Shown here one piece after another: positions 9,139 through 18,922 of a stretch of DNA of 64,000 nucleotides (within the stretch, counting starts at the first letter, position 1; each line of letters starts with the position of its first letter). Position numbers and translations under genes: made by a program. The notes under the pieces were generated by a model that was given only the letters and a program-made list of their open reading frames with translations, made no database searches and had not been told where the DNA came from. The stretch is taken from contig CAWHAE010000012.1 in assembly GCA_963827235.1 (NCBI GenBank), positions 1,504,001 through 1,568,000 of the forward strand, written 5' to 3'. The stretch comes from an uncultured bacterium (GTDB taxonomy: Bacteria > Chloroflexota > UBA5177 > JANWHV01).

Positions 9139-10818
9139 ATGGATAAGGTAGAGCGATTGGTCTCGGCGCTGCGCACCGGCGAAATCGGGCGCGGCGAATT
9201 CCTGATGCGGGCGGGCGCGCTCGGCATTTCCGTACCCGCATTGGACGCCATGCTGCGCATGGGCACGGCGAGCGCCGCGAGCACGAGCCGCGCGGCCGCC
9301 GCCTCGGGCGGCACGGTTACCGTGGCCTACGCACCGGAGCCCGACACGCTCAACGTCTACAGCACGCACTTGCTGGGCGACGTGGAAGCGGCGGTGGTGG
9401 AGGGCTTGCTCATCCCGAACGGGAACATGCAGTACGTGCCGGTGCTCTCCCAGCGGGTGCCCACGCTGCAGAACGGCGACATCAAGCTCACTAACGGCGG
9501 CAAGACGATGGATATCACCTACCACCTGCGACCGGGCGTAACCTGGTCCGACGGCCAGCCGCTGACCAGTGCCGACGTGCTGTTCACCTGGCAGGCGCTT
9601 GCCGACCCGAAGTTCGTGGCCGAGAGCAAGGAAGGTGTCGACGACGTCGCGTCGATCAGCACCCCCGACGCGTTGACCGCGGTAGTGCACTACAAGCGGA
9701 TCAATGCCGACTTCGCGAACACGTTGTTCACGTTCGGCCTGTTCCCCAAGCACGCGCTGCAGGGAAAAGACCTCAACACCGACCAGGCATACAACCGGAA
9801 GCCCCTGGGCACCGGACCCTTCGTCGTGCAGGAGTGGGCGAGCGGTGAGTATATTACCCTTGATCGCAATCCTCACTACTGGCGAGCCGGCCAGCCTTAC
9901 CTGGACAAGCTGATCTTCAAGATCGTGCCCGACACCAACACACAGGTCGAGCAGCTGCAGACCGGCGAGGCGAATTTCGTGCAGAACGTGCCCTACGCCA
10001 AGGTCAGCCAGGTCAAAGCCATGTCCGGCATCAAAGTTGTATCCAGCAAGCTCAATTCCTGGCTGAACCTCAATTTCAACTTCAAGGTGCCCGGGCTCAA
10101 CGATCTGGCGGTCCGGCAGGCGTTCGCCTACGGGATCGACAAGAACGCGATCTGCCAGCAGGCGCTGTTCGGATTGCCGACGCCGGTCAAGAGCGTGATC
10201 CAGCCGGTGTCGCCGTACTTCAACGCCAATGTCCCGGACTACCCCTACAATCCCGCCAAGGCAAAGGCCATCCTGGACGCCGCGGGCTGGAAGCCTGGAT
10301 CGGACGGGGTTCGGGCAAAGGGGGGCGTTCGCCTGGCCTTCACCTTTACTACCTACAGTGACACCGCCGACTACGTGCGCGTGCAGGAAATCATCATGGC
10401 GGAGATGCAGGCGCTGGGCATTCAGCTGACCGCGGCGAACGGGCCTGCCAGCACGGTGGCCGGCAAGATGTTCCAGGGCCAGTATCAGATCAACATGCAC
10501 CGCTGGATCCTGGCGGCCGGTCCCTCGATCACGATGCTCTATGCTTCGGACCAGATTCCGCCGAACGGCCTCAACGAGAGCTACTACAGCAATCCGGCCC
10601 TCGACAAGATCTTGCACCAATCCGACACGGTGCTCGACTTCGCCAAGCGGAAAGCGATGCTGAACCAGGCACAGAACATCATCGCGCACGATCTGCCGAC
10701 GATTGTGATCTACAACAACACGCAGGTGATGGCCTACACGGACAAGCTGACAGGCTTCACGCCGAATCCTACCAACATGACCAATTTCTGGAACACCGGT
10801 ACCTGGAGGCTGAGCTAA
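9139..10818 (+). CDS. Peptide ABC transporter substrate-binding protein
   Basis: EPDTLN, LRPGVTWSDGQPLTSADVLFTW, PLGTGPF; AGGAG RBS. Confidence 0.93.
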   Translation: MDKVERLVSALRTGEIGRGEFLMRAGALGISVPALDAMLRMGTASAASTSRAAAASGGTVTVAYAPEPDTLNVYSTHLLGDVEAAVVEGLLIPNGNMQYVPVLSQRVPTLQNGDIKLTNGGKTMDITYHLRPGVTWSDGQPLTSADVLFTWQALADPKFVAESKEGVDDVASISTPDALTAVVHYKRINADFANTLFTFGLFPKHALQGKDLNTDQAYNRKPLGTGPFVVQEWASGEYITLDRNPHYWRAGQPYLDKLIFKIVPDTNTQVEQLQTGEANFVQNVPYAKVSQVKAMSGIKVVSSKLNSWLNLNFNFKVPGLNDLAVRQAFAYGIDKNAICQQALFGLPTPVKSVIQPVSPYFNANVPDYPYNPAKAKAILDAAGWKPGSDGVRAKGGVRLAFTFTTYSDTADYVRVQEIIMAEMQALGIQLTAANGPASTVAGKMFQGQYQINMHRWILAAGPSITMLYASDQIPPNGLNESYYSNPALDKILHQSDTVLDFAKRKAMLNQAQNIIAHDLPTIVIYNNTQVMAYTDKLTGFTPNPTNMTNFWNTGTWRLS

Positions 10819-10822
10819 GCGT

Positions 10823-11860
10823 ATGAGCACAGGCGTTCCACTGCTTATCGCGTCCCCACTTGAACCGGAGCACGTTGCCACTATCGCCGCGGCTGAGCCG
10901 CGCGTAGAGGTGCTCTACGAGGCGGATCTTCTCGGTCGACCGCGGTATCCAGGCGACCACAATGGTGCTCCCTTCGTGCGCACGCCGGAACAGCAGATGC
11001 GATGGAACGCCTTGCTCGCCCGCGCCGAGATCCTCTGGGATTTCGACCGGGACAGCATGCCGGATCTGCTCGAGCGCGCCCCACGCCTGCGCTGGGTGCA
11101 AAGCACCAGCGCAGGCGTGGGGCAGTTCGCCGCCAGGCACGGCTTGCTGGACAGCGATCTCCTGATCACCACTGCCAGCGGCGTCCACGCCGGACCGCTC
11201 GCCGAATTCGCGCTCATGGCCATGCTGATGTTCACCAAGGACGTAGCACGACTGGAGCGGGACCGCGAGGCGCGTCGCTGGCAGCGCTACGCCGTGCGTG
11301 AGCTTGCCGGCCAGACGGCGGTGATCGTGGGTTTGGGCCGGATCGGGCGGGCCATCGCCGCCGTTGCCCGCCCGTTCGGCGTACGCACGATCGGGCTCGT
11401 CCGCGACCCGGGCCAGCGCACCGCTGCCGAGCTGGGCGTGGATCGCCTGGCGGGCCCGGAATCTCTGCTCGAGGTCGTGCCCCTGGCGGACACGCTGGTG
11501 CTCTCCGTACCGCATACCCCGCGGACCGATGGGCTGATCAGCAAGCAGGTGATCGATACCCTGAAGGCAGGCGCGCTGGTGGTCAACGTAGCCCGCGGCC
11601 AGGTGATCGACGAGGGGGCGTTGCTGGACGCCCTGGGCAGCGGAAAGCTGGCCGGCGCGGCGCTGGACGTCTTCCGCCAGGAGCCCCTGCCGCCCGAGAG
11701 TCCGTTCTGGACTCTACCCAACGTGATCGTCAGCCCGCATTCAGCCAGCACGGGCCTGGGCGAGAACGCGCGTCTAGTCTCGCTGTTTCTGGACAACCTT
11801 CGGCGGTATCTTGACGGCGAGCCTATGTGCAACGTCTTAAGCAGGGAGTTGCTCTACTGA
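10823..11860 (+). CDS. D-2-hydroxyacid dehydrogenase
   Basis: IVGLGRIG, VNVARG, GAALDVFRQEPLP, IVSPHSA. Confidence 0.92.
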   Translation: MSTGVPLLIASPLEPEHVATIAAAEPRVEVLYEADLLGRPRYPGDHNGAPFVRTPEQQMRWNALLARAEILWDFDRDSMPDLLERAPRLRWVQSTSAGVGQFAARHGLLDSDLLITTASGVHAGPLAEFALMAMLMFTKDVARLERDREARRWQRYAVRELAGQTAVIVGLGRIGRAIAAVARPFGVRTIGLVRDPGQRTAAELGVDRLAGPESLLEVVPLADTLVLSVPHTPRTDGLISKQVIDTLKAGALVVNVARGQVIDEGALLDALGSGKLAGAALDVFRQEPLPPESPFWTLPNVIVSPHSASTGLGENARLVSLFLDNLRRYLDGEPMCNVLSRELLY

Positions 11861-12684
11861 TGAGTGTGGACGAACCGCCGGATGGCACTGCGAACTACCA
11901 GGCACGGGCCTTGCAACGCGGGTTGGCGATCTTGCGCAGCTTCGGCGCGCAGCAGCCGGACTATACGCTCGCCGAGCTCTCCAAACGGCTGAGCGTGCCG
12001 AAGAGCACGCTGTTCCGCCTGTTGCAGGTGCTCGAGGCGGAAGACTTCGTGGAACAGGACGCCCGGGGGCGCTGGCGGCTGGGACTGGCCGCCTTTGAGG
12101 TCGGCAGCGTCTACACACAGCAGCTTTCATTTACCGCGGCGGCGCAGCCGGCGATCGAGCGCCTGGCTGCCGAGTGCGGTGAGACGGCCAGCCTGGCGGT
12201 ATTGGCCGACGGCGAAGTCGTCTATATCGCGATCGTGCGCGGCCAGCGCGAGATAGGTATCCAGTCCAACGTCGGGGCGCGACATCCCGTGCATTGCACT
12301 GCCCTGGGCAAGGTGTTGCTGGCCTATCGGCCGGCCGAAGAGGTGCGCGATATGCTCGTGCAGCACGGGATGCCCCGGCACACCGAGCGCACGATCACCA
12401 CGGTCGAAGCCTTCGAAGGGGCCCTGACCCAGGTGCGAAAGCTGGGCTACGCCGTCGACGACGAGGAGCGCGCCTACAACATTCGCTGCGTGGCCGCGCC
12501 TATTCGCGACCGCCACGGCGACGTCATCGCGGCGCTGAGCGCCTCGGGCCCCGCCTTCCGGCTGGACGAGCTGACGCTCGATCGGATGCGCGGCCACGTG
12601 GTTGCCGCCGCCTCCGCCGTCTCGCAGCGGCTGGGCTACGTGAAGGGCACCCTGCCCGCGGCAAGCCCCTTGGGGGGCTCGTAG
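11860..12684 (+). CDS. IclR family transcriptional regulator
   Basis: ALQRGLAIL N-terminal HTH, HCTALGKVLLA, GYAVDDEE, CVAAPI; TGATG stop/start overlap with the upstream gene. Confidence 0.93.
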   Translation: MSVDEPPDGTANYQARALQRGLAILRSFGAQQPDYTLAELSKRLSVPKSTLFRLLQVLEAEDFVEQDARGRWRLGLAAFEVGSVYTQQLSFTAAAQPAIERLAAECGETASLAVLADGEVVYIAIVRGQREIGIQSNVGARHPVHCTALGKVLLAYRPAEEVRDMLVQHGMPRHTERTITTVEAFEGALTQVRKLGYAVDDEERAYNIRCVAAPIRDRHGDVIAALSASGPAFRLDELTLDRMRGHVVAAASAVSQRLGYVKGTLPAASPLGGS

Positions 12685-12832
12685 CCGCCGAGGACCGCGT
12701 CGCGCGCCCGGGTGACGGCGCCACAAAGCCGCCGCGTTGCGCTGCACGCTCCATGCTATGATGAGCGCGGATTCGTGCCGCGGCACCTGCCGCGTGGAGG
12801 TCGCCTTCGAGGCAGACTGGAGCGAAAGCGCT

Positions 12833-13045
12833 ATGTGGTGGCACGACCTGCTCTGGGGGCTCTGGAACGGCACCACGGCCTGGGTCGTTCTGATCGTACA
12901 CGCGTGCGGCGGCTGGTCGCAGTACCCCTTCTTCAACACCGCCAGGAACGGCGACTGGTATGACCTTGGCTTTCTGCTCGGCGCGGGCTCTCCGTTTCTC
13001 GGCTTCTTCGGATCCAGCAGAAGGAAGTCCAGCCGGGCGAGCTAG
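12833..13045 (+). CDS. Small conserved-type membrane protein
   Basis: LWGLWNG...NGDWYDLGFLLG pattern of small hydrophobic proteins; GGAG upstream. Confidence 0.65.
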   Translation: MWWHDLLWGLWNGTTAWVVLIVHACGGWSQYPFFNTARNGDWYDLGFLLGAGSPFLGFFGSSRRKSSRAS

Positions 13046-13260
13046 AGGGGCCGCGCCCGCCCTGCCGGCGGCCGGCGAGATCGAGCGTTCAGCGTGGACC
13101 TGCCGCCGTCCTCGTTACCGGTAGGACGCGCGCCCCGTTGTTCTTGATGTTCGGGTAGCGCGTGCGGGCCCGAGCCGGCTGCCGAGTGCCGCCAGCTCGC
13201 GGCGGCCTATGCGTCACAGGGATGCAGCACGCACGCGTCCGGCCGGAAGGAGAACACGCC

Positions 13261-13977
13261 ATGGGAAGAATGGGAATAGTCGCCGCCAGCCTGGTCACGG
13301 CCCTTATGGTGAGCGCGGGCGTGCCGCGCGCCCTCGCGGCCGGCACGGAGACCTCGAGCCAGACCAGCATCACGGTCAGCGCGCAGGGCTCGACCACGGT
13401 CACTCCCGACGTGGCGTTCGTCACGGTCGGCGTGCAACAGACCGACCTGCAGGCCGACAAGGCGCAGAGCCTGGCGAACGCGATCATCGCCGCCGCCATC
13501 TCGCGCATCAAGGCCCTCGGTATCCCGGACAAGGATATCCAGACACAGAGCATCTCCCTGGACCCGCAGTACGACGATCGCGGCGCCCTGACCGGCTTTC
13601 AGGCCACCGATACCCTTTCGATCACCGTCGAGCAGATGGGCAAGGCGGGATCGGTGATCGACGCGGGCGTTGGCGCGGGCGCCAACCGGAACGTGAGCGT
13701 GAGCTTCGGACTGAAGGACGATAGCCAGGCGCGTGCCGACGCCTTGCGAGCGGCGATCGCCGCCGGGCAGCGGAAGGCGACCGCCGCGGCCACCCAGCTC
13801 GGCCTCTCGCTCGCCGGCGCCAAGGTGCAGGTCGTGGAGAACCAGGTGCAGACGGTTGTGCCCGAGCCCTATGCCGCGGTTGGAGGCGTCGCGCGAAGCA
13901 CGGTCACCACGCCGACGCCGGTGCAGACGGGCTCGCTGGTCATTCAGGACAGCGTGACGCTCACCTACACCCTGTAG
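13261..13977 (+). CDS. SIMPL (DUF541) domain secreted protein
   Basis: Signal peptide, ITVSAQG..VTPDVA, LGIPDKDIQTQSISLDPQYD, final VTLTY. Confidence 0.9.
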   Translation: MGRMGIVAASLVTALMVSAGVPRALAAGTETSSQTSITVSAQGSTTVTPDVAFVTVGVQQTDLQADKAQSLANAIIAAAISRIKALGIPDKDIQTQSISLDPQYDDRGALTGFQATDTLSITVEQMGKAGSVIDAGVGAGANRNVSVSFGLKDDSQARADALRAAIAAGQRKATAAATQLGLSLAGAKVQVVENQVQTVVPEPYAAVGGVARSTVTTPTPVQTGSLVIQDSVTLTYTL

Positions 13978-14219
13978 ACCGCGTCGCGCCGATCACGGCC
14001 GCACGAGGCGGCGTGGCATGCCCGGAAAGCGCCGAGCAGATGACTGCTCGGCGCGAGCACGCGCTCTCCGTGTGGTGTAGCCGGACGCCGGCCGGGCAGC
14101 AGGTTGCGCTCGGGCAGCTCCTCGCTCGTCACGCGTTGCCGGCTGGGCCGCGGCATGGCGCGCGTCCGGATGTGACGCGCACGCATGGATTCGTTCTGCC
14201 CTCCCTGAGGGACCGAGCG

Positions 14220-15269
14220 CTATGCGGTGCCGCGCCGGATGAGCTCCAGGGGCACCGTCTCCGCGATGCACTCGTTGGTGTTCTGCTCAATCATGTGCAT
14301 GAGCAAGTCGGCGGCTCGACGGCCAAGATCGGCGAAGGGAATGTGCACGGTCGTGAGAGGCGGAATGAGCTCCTGAGCAAGTGGAACGTCGTCGAAGCCG
14401 ACCACAGCGACGTCGTCGGGAATGCGAAATCCGCGCCAGCGCAGCACCTCTATGGCATTGAGCGCGAGCTCGTCGTTGGCGGCGAATATGGCAGTCGGAG
14501 GGTCCGGCATCTGAAGCAGGTGGGTCGCCGCCGCGGCGGCGTCTGCCGGCAGCCAGCTCCCACCCTTCACCAGAGCCTCGTCGTTCCTCAGGTCTGCCTC
14601 GGCAAGGGCTCGCCTGTAGCCGGCAAGGCGATCGCGTCCCGCCACCTGGCGAGGATCACCTTCGAGGTGCGCTATCCGCCGGTGGCCCTTGTCGATCAGG
14701 TATCTCGTGGCGGAGCAGGCGGCGCCCTCGTCGTCGTAGCTTACCGAGCTGAACCCAAAGCGAGGCGCTGCCGCGCGCTCGATGCAGACGCAATGGAGTC
14801 CGGCGTTCGCGATCGTTTCCAGCACACCGTCCGTCACGGAAGGATCCTGGGCCAAGCGCACGACCACGCCGTCCACCCGTCCGCTGTGCAAGAGCTCACG
14901 CACGCCGCGCGGATCGTCGTCCACCCCCAGTGGGCAGGGGAGCAAGTAGTGCCGGTTGGCCTGGAGGGCCAGGGTGAGACCCGTCAGGACGCCCGCGTTC
15001 CACGGGGCAATGAAGGCGCTCTCCGGGTAGTAGTCGCAGGAGATGAAGCCGATCGTCCGCGTGCGCTGCATGCGAAGGCCGCGTGCCGCGGCGTTCGGGT
15101 GGTAGCTGAGCGTTTCAATGGCGTCGAGGACGCGGCGGCGAGCGTCCGGAGAGGTGGCACGCGGCCCGTCGTTGATCACATACGAGACCACGGCCGTGGA
15201 CACGCCGGCCAGCTTGGCCACGTCCCGGTGTGTTACTCGTCTCTTGGCAAGCATCCCGTCATCCGCCAT
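14220..15269 (-). CDS. LacI family transcriptional regulator
   Basis: VTHRDVAKLAGVSTAVVSYVIN, YHPNAAARGL, IPDDVAVVGFDD, PPLTTV. Confidence 0.95.
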   Translation of the reverse strand: MADDGMLAKRRVTHRDVAKLAGVSTAVVSYVINDGPRATSPDARRRVLDAIETLSYHPNAAARGLRMQRTRTIGFISCDYYPESAFIAPWNAGVLTGLTLALQANRHYLLPCPLGVDDDPRGVRELLHSGRVDGVVVRLAQDPSVTDGVLETIANAGLHCVCIERAAAPRFGFSSVSYDDEGAACSATRYLIDKGHRRIAHLEGDPRQVAGRDRLAGYRRALAEADLRNDEALVKGGSWLPADAAAAATHLLQMPDPPTAIFAANDELALNAIEVLRWRGFRIPDDVAVVGFDDVPLAQELIPPLTTVHIPFADLGRRAADLLMHMIEQNTNECIAETVPLELIRRGTA

Positions 15270-15541
15270 CTTCCTTCAATGTAGTTACCGGCTCATCGAT
15301 CACTTCACGCAGCCAGGCGCCCATCTGCCCATTCCCGCGATCGGCCCATGCGGGGCAGGGAACGGCGGTAAGCGTCCGCGCCTGCAGTTGGGGCGGATCG
15401 TGCCGGCAGCAGAGCACGCCGTCCCGGCCGCGATCGGCGATGGAGCATCCTGCGCCTTGAATCACCATGATACCGCCGAGCCGCGAGGGAACATGCCGGG
15501 CAGAGACATTCGCGCCGGGAGTCGCGGCCGGCAGACTCATG

Positions 15542-15594
15542 AAGTATAGGCTGCTCTAATCGATTTGACAAATCGATTAGAGCAGCCTATACTT
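15542..15594. promoter_or_regulatory. Perfect 53-bp palindrome forming a bidirectional sigma70 promoter with LacI-like operator cores
   Basis: AAGTATAGGCTGCTCTAATCGATTTG-A-CAAATCGATTAGAGCAGCCTATACTT; TTGACA-17-TATACT on +, TTGTCA-17-TATACT on -. Confidence 0.85.
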
Positions 15595-15708
15595 TGGGCG
15601 ATCGGTGCCGGGCCGCGCCGCCTGAGCGGCTCCGACGCGGCGAAGCCCGCGCTTCAGCTTGGGCGAGCGCCGGCCCAAGTCCGGCTTCTCGTATCGGCAC
15701 GTGGAAGG

Positions 15709-15924
15709 TCATGGAACAACTTCCTCTGGCCGCTGATCGTCATCGCCAGTACCGACATGATGCCGTTGACGGTCGGTCTGGGCAGCGTGCTCAGCGCGTA
15801 CGGCATCCAATACGCCGAGATCATGGCATCCGCCGTGCCGGCAGCCATTCCCATTCTCGTCGTCTTCGCCGTCTTCCAGAAGCAAATCGTGCAGGGTATA
15901 GCCGGCAGCGGCATCAAGGGTTGA
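15709..15924 (+). pseudogene. 3' remnant of a carbohydrate ABC permease (MalG-like)
   Basis: SWNNFLWPLIV..MPLTVGL..YAEIMASAVPAAIPILVVFAVFQKQIVQGIAGSGIKG with no N-terminal part. Confidence 0.85.
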
Positions 15925-15997
15925 TGCGCCGGTCATAGTCGCCAGCGCTCCGGTGCACTGAATCGGCAGCCTCTGCCGTGCGGGCCGGCAGCGAGAG
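15811..15997 (+). repeat. 187-bp direct repeat, copy 1 (permease 3' end plus downstream sequence)
   Basis: Matches 20351..20537 with 9 substitutions by hand count. Confidence 0.95.
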
Positions 15998-16085
15998 TGA
16001 TATAACCCCCCCCAAGACGTGCTCAGGCCGGTCCTGGAGCCGCCTGCGGCCGCCTGGGCCCGGCCTCTTGTGTTGAGTCGTGCGT

Positions 16086-16328
16086 CTATGAGTGGTCCAG
16101 ATTTGCGTCGCCGCTGCGCCCACTTATCGTACTCGGGTCCCCGCCGGCCCACTTGTGCATGTCCTGGATGGATTTAGCCAGATGTAGAGCCCGGCGGATC
16201 ATCTCCGCGCGGGATACGCCCATGTGGGCCGCTAGCTCGTCGAGCAGCTCGCGGTCTTTCTCGGACATGATCAGGTGGAATTCACCGTCGTCGTCTGGAT
16301 GTTTGGGGCCGTGGTCGCCGTGAGTCAT
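16086..16328 (-). CDS. Ribbon-helix-helix (CopG-like) protein
   Basis: FHLIMSEKDRELLDELAAHMGVSRAEMIRRAL. Confidence 0.75.
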   Translation of the reverse strand: MTHGDHGPKHPDDDGEFHLIMSEKDRELLDELAAHMGVSRAEMIRRALHLAKSIQDMHKWAGGDPSTISGRSGDANLDHS

Positions 16329-16522
16329 CGGTTGCCTTGCTTCTGCCACGTCATTCCTCCGGTGTGCTGTTGGCGTTGGCTTGGTGCTGGCCCTAGCCTG
16401 CCGGGTCCTTCGCATCCGGTCTGCGGTGGTAGGCTGCCAGGCAGACAGGGTCCGGTTGCCGAACTGAGTTACCCGCCCCGGTGGGACGGTGCCGACGACG
16501 CGCATGCGCACGACGCGGCACA

Positions 16523-17119
16523 TCACGAGGCCGTCGCCTTCAGGACCGGCACCGCGAGCTCGTCTGCCGTCTCCCCGCCGACGATCACCGCCCCGGTGAT
16601 GCCTCGTCGATTGATGATGTAGTACGTGGGATAGGCGGTGATGCCGTACCGGTTCACTGTGGCGAACGTGGGGTCGATCAGGATGTGCACATTGGCAGGA
16701 TACTTCTGCTGGAATGCCACAATGTCGCGCGCGGTGGCCGGGCTGAAATCGGTCCGGTGACTGGTGTCGAACTTTGGGCCGTACGGGCTACCCAGAATGC
16801 CGAGGACGCGTATGCCCCTGGACGCGAAGCGCGTGTTCACCTCCTGCAGCACGGCCTGGGCCTGCTGGCAGGGCGCGCACCAGATGGCGATGAATTCGAT
16901 CACGACGGGACGCCCGCGCAGGCTGGAGAGACTGTACCGCTGCCCATCAATGGTCGCCAGCGAGAAATCAGGTGCCGCGCTGCCTACGGCGATGTGCTGC
17001 GACGTCGGGTTGAAATCCGTAGGGTTGGTGAGCCCTACCACCGCAGGGCCGCCACCGCCGGCGTGTGCCGTGCCGGACCAACCGGTGAGCACGGCACCCA
17101 CCAAGCACAACACGGCCAT
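16523..17119 (-). CDS. TlpA/ResA-like thioredoxin-fold disulfide reductase, secreted (start uncertain)
   Basis: APDFSL, LRGRPVVIEFIAIWCAPC, YGITAYPTYYII. Confidence 0.85.
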   Translation of the reverse strand: MAVLCLVGAVLTGWSGTAHAGGGGPAVVGLTNPTDFNPTSQHIAVGSAAPDFSLATIDGQRYSLSSLRGRPVVIEFIAIWCAPCQQAQAVLQEVNTRFASRGIRVLGILGSPYGPKFDTSHRTDFSPATARDIVAFQQKYPANVHILIDPTFATVNRYGITAYPTYYIINRRGITGAVIVGGETADELAVPVLKATAS

Positions 17120-17474
17120 GATCCGATGAGCTCGGCTCGAGTGCGATGCGGATACCGGCCGGGCAGTCAGCGGGCTGGGCAGACGCCTGATCGGCTCCTT
17201 CTCTACTCGGGTGCGAAGGGGGACAGCCGCTCCAATCGACGCACGTCCAATCACGCTGGCGCGAACCAACAACGCTACCCGCTCCTTCGAGCTTTGCATG
17301 CCCTTCTCCCTCCTGCGCGGCGCCGGGCACACATAACCCGACGCACGACCTTGCCGTCGCGGCCGGGTTCACCAGTTGCTCGCTGCAGTCCAGGGGTGGC
17401 CAGGCAAGAGCAGGCGTCGGCAAGAGGGGAGTGATCGTGTCGCTCGCGGTTCTTGAGGCGTCGGGCCCTTTCTA

Positions 17475-17501
17475 GGACAGCAGGTCAGCGCATCCACTAC
17501 A
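17475..17501. repeat. 27-bp direct repeat, copy 1
   Basis: GGACAGCAGGTCAGCGCATCCACTACA, one mismatch to 18896..18922. Confidence 0.85.
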
Positions 17502-17867
17502 AGCCAATCATAGACCGCGTGTCAAGGTACGGCTGTGTCAGCTCGGTCGCCATGTCAAGCCAGTCGCTGGCACGGGCCAACGGCGTCAGTCCATCACGAG
17601 GCAGCGGAGGTTGGCGGAGTGTAACCGCGTGGTCATCCCGCGCACTCTCTCCGGCGTATAACAACACCTCGCCTGGCTTGATGCGCGTGGGGGCCGATAC
17701 GTGATGCCCGTGATGCCTATCGGTTTCTGGCATGAACACGCCGGCAACATCAAGCCGGCAAGCGTCAGTCGGCTGCCAGTACGCGCTGCTCGTCTATCCG
17801 CTAGAGATGGTCAAGCAAGTCGGAGCTGAAAGGGCCGATGGCGTATCCGGGCTGTCTTCCTTGAGCC

Positions 17868-18869
17868 TTATACCGTCTGGACATGGTACAGATAGCGGCT
17901 GATTCTGCCGGCGTGCACGCTTTCCACCATTCGCTCTGCTTCTTCCAGGTGGTCCCTGTAGAGCTTGGTATTTCCCTCCGCCACGAACTCCGATTTCACC
18001 TCTTGAAGTACATCCAATGAGCGCTGCCAGAATAGCTTTTCGCCTGCAGTGAAATCGTAGGTCTGGAACGCAAGCCCAGCTGCGCTCAATGCGTCTGCTA
18101 GTCCGGTCTTCTCAGGCTGCAGCCGCTCAGCTGGCTGACCGCTTCGCAAGACCTCTGACCAGAATAGCCCCAGTTGACCAGAATGTTTCAGGATACTCTT
18201 CAGACTGATCACGGTGTTGTGCAGATCTGTGGCAAAGTACAGAGTATCTATGGCAATTATCGTGTCGAAGCTGGCTTCTGGTAGCGCCAACTGATTCATG
18301 GAGCCGAGGCAGAAAGCCAGCCGCCCCGACTTTCTTCTTGTGCGGACCTGCGCCCTTCTCACGGCCGGGCCAGCAAAATCCAGACCAGTCACGCGAGCCC
18401 CAGTGCGATCTGACAGGTACTCGGTAATCCTGCCCACTCCGCAACCAATATCCAGAACCCGGCTATTCTTGCTCAGGCTCAGTACCTCGACCAGCTTCTC
18501 TAGCTGGTCCATCGTGACCATACTGAACTGACCAAGGTCCTCACCGTAAAGCAAGTGGCAGTAATGTGCGTGCGCCTTACTTTCATCCGCCGTTACCAGC
18601 ACCTCTCCGAAGTCTTCGCCTCGAAGCGTGTCGGCGTATTCAGTTCCCGATGCCGAGAGGCTGTACGTATCGCCGTCCGATATCAGGTGGCCTCGTTCCA
18701 TGAAGTCGGCGAGGGCTCGCGTCCAATCCTTCACGCCCTTCCCTCTGCTCGCCATGCTCTTCAGGTACGACTCGCGCAGCTCCTCGCGTGTGAAGGCTGC
18801 CTTGCGCACCACGAACAAAGCCCACGCCACCTGGCGTTCCGCCTGACGTGTGTCATTGTCGTCAATCAT
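17868..18869 (-). CDS. Class I SAM-dependent methyltransferase with an N-terminal extension
   Basis: VLDIGCGVG, VTGLDFA, SFDTIIAIDTLYF; visibly lower GC than the flanks. Confidence 0.9.
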   Translation of the reverse strand: MIDDNDTRQAERQVAWALFVVRKAAFTREELRESYLKSMASRGKGVKDWTRALADFMERGHLISDGDTYSLSASGTEYADTLRGEDFGEVLVTADESKAHAHYCHLLYGEDLGQFSMVTMDQLEKLVEVLSLSKNSRVLDIGCGVGRITEYLSDRTGARVTGLDFAGPAVRRAQVRTRRKSGRLAFCLGSMNQLALPEASFDTIIAIDTLYFATDLHNTVISLKSILKHSGQLGLFWSEVLRSGQPAERLQPEKTGLADALSAAGLAFQTYDFTAGEKLFWQRSLDVLQEVKSEFVAEGNTKLYRDHLEEAERMVESVHAGRISRYLYHVQTV

Positions 18870-18895
18870 CGACGTTCCCGTTTCGATACATGGAC

Positions 18896-18922
18896 GGACT
18901 GCAGGTCAGCGCATCCACTACA
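18896..18922. repeat. 27-bp direct repeat, copy 2
   Basis: GGACTGCAGGTCAGCGCATCCACTACA. Confidence 0.85.

Noticed and set aside
17497-17739. Small ORF faintly resembling an IS630-type transposase fragment
   Set aside because: No catalytic DDE residues or terminal repeats can be identified.
17741-17780. GGCAA...GTCAGTCGGCTGCCA resembling a c-di-GMP-I riboswitch; similar partial matches near 13170 and 62440
   Set aside because: The central hairpin and GCAAA motif are missing and the spacing is wrong; an Infernal search would be needed.
17475-18922. 27-bp repeats read as a CRISPR array or as Rhs remnants (they translate as AGQRIHY, like AGQRMTY in the Rhs)
   Set aside because: There are only two copies 1.4 kb apart and no cas genes, and the peptide resemblance is too short to support.
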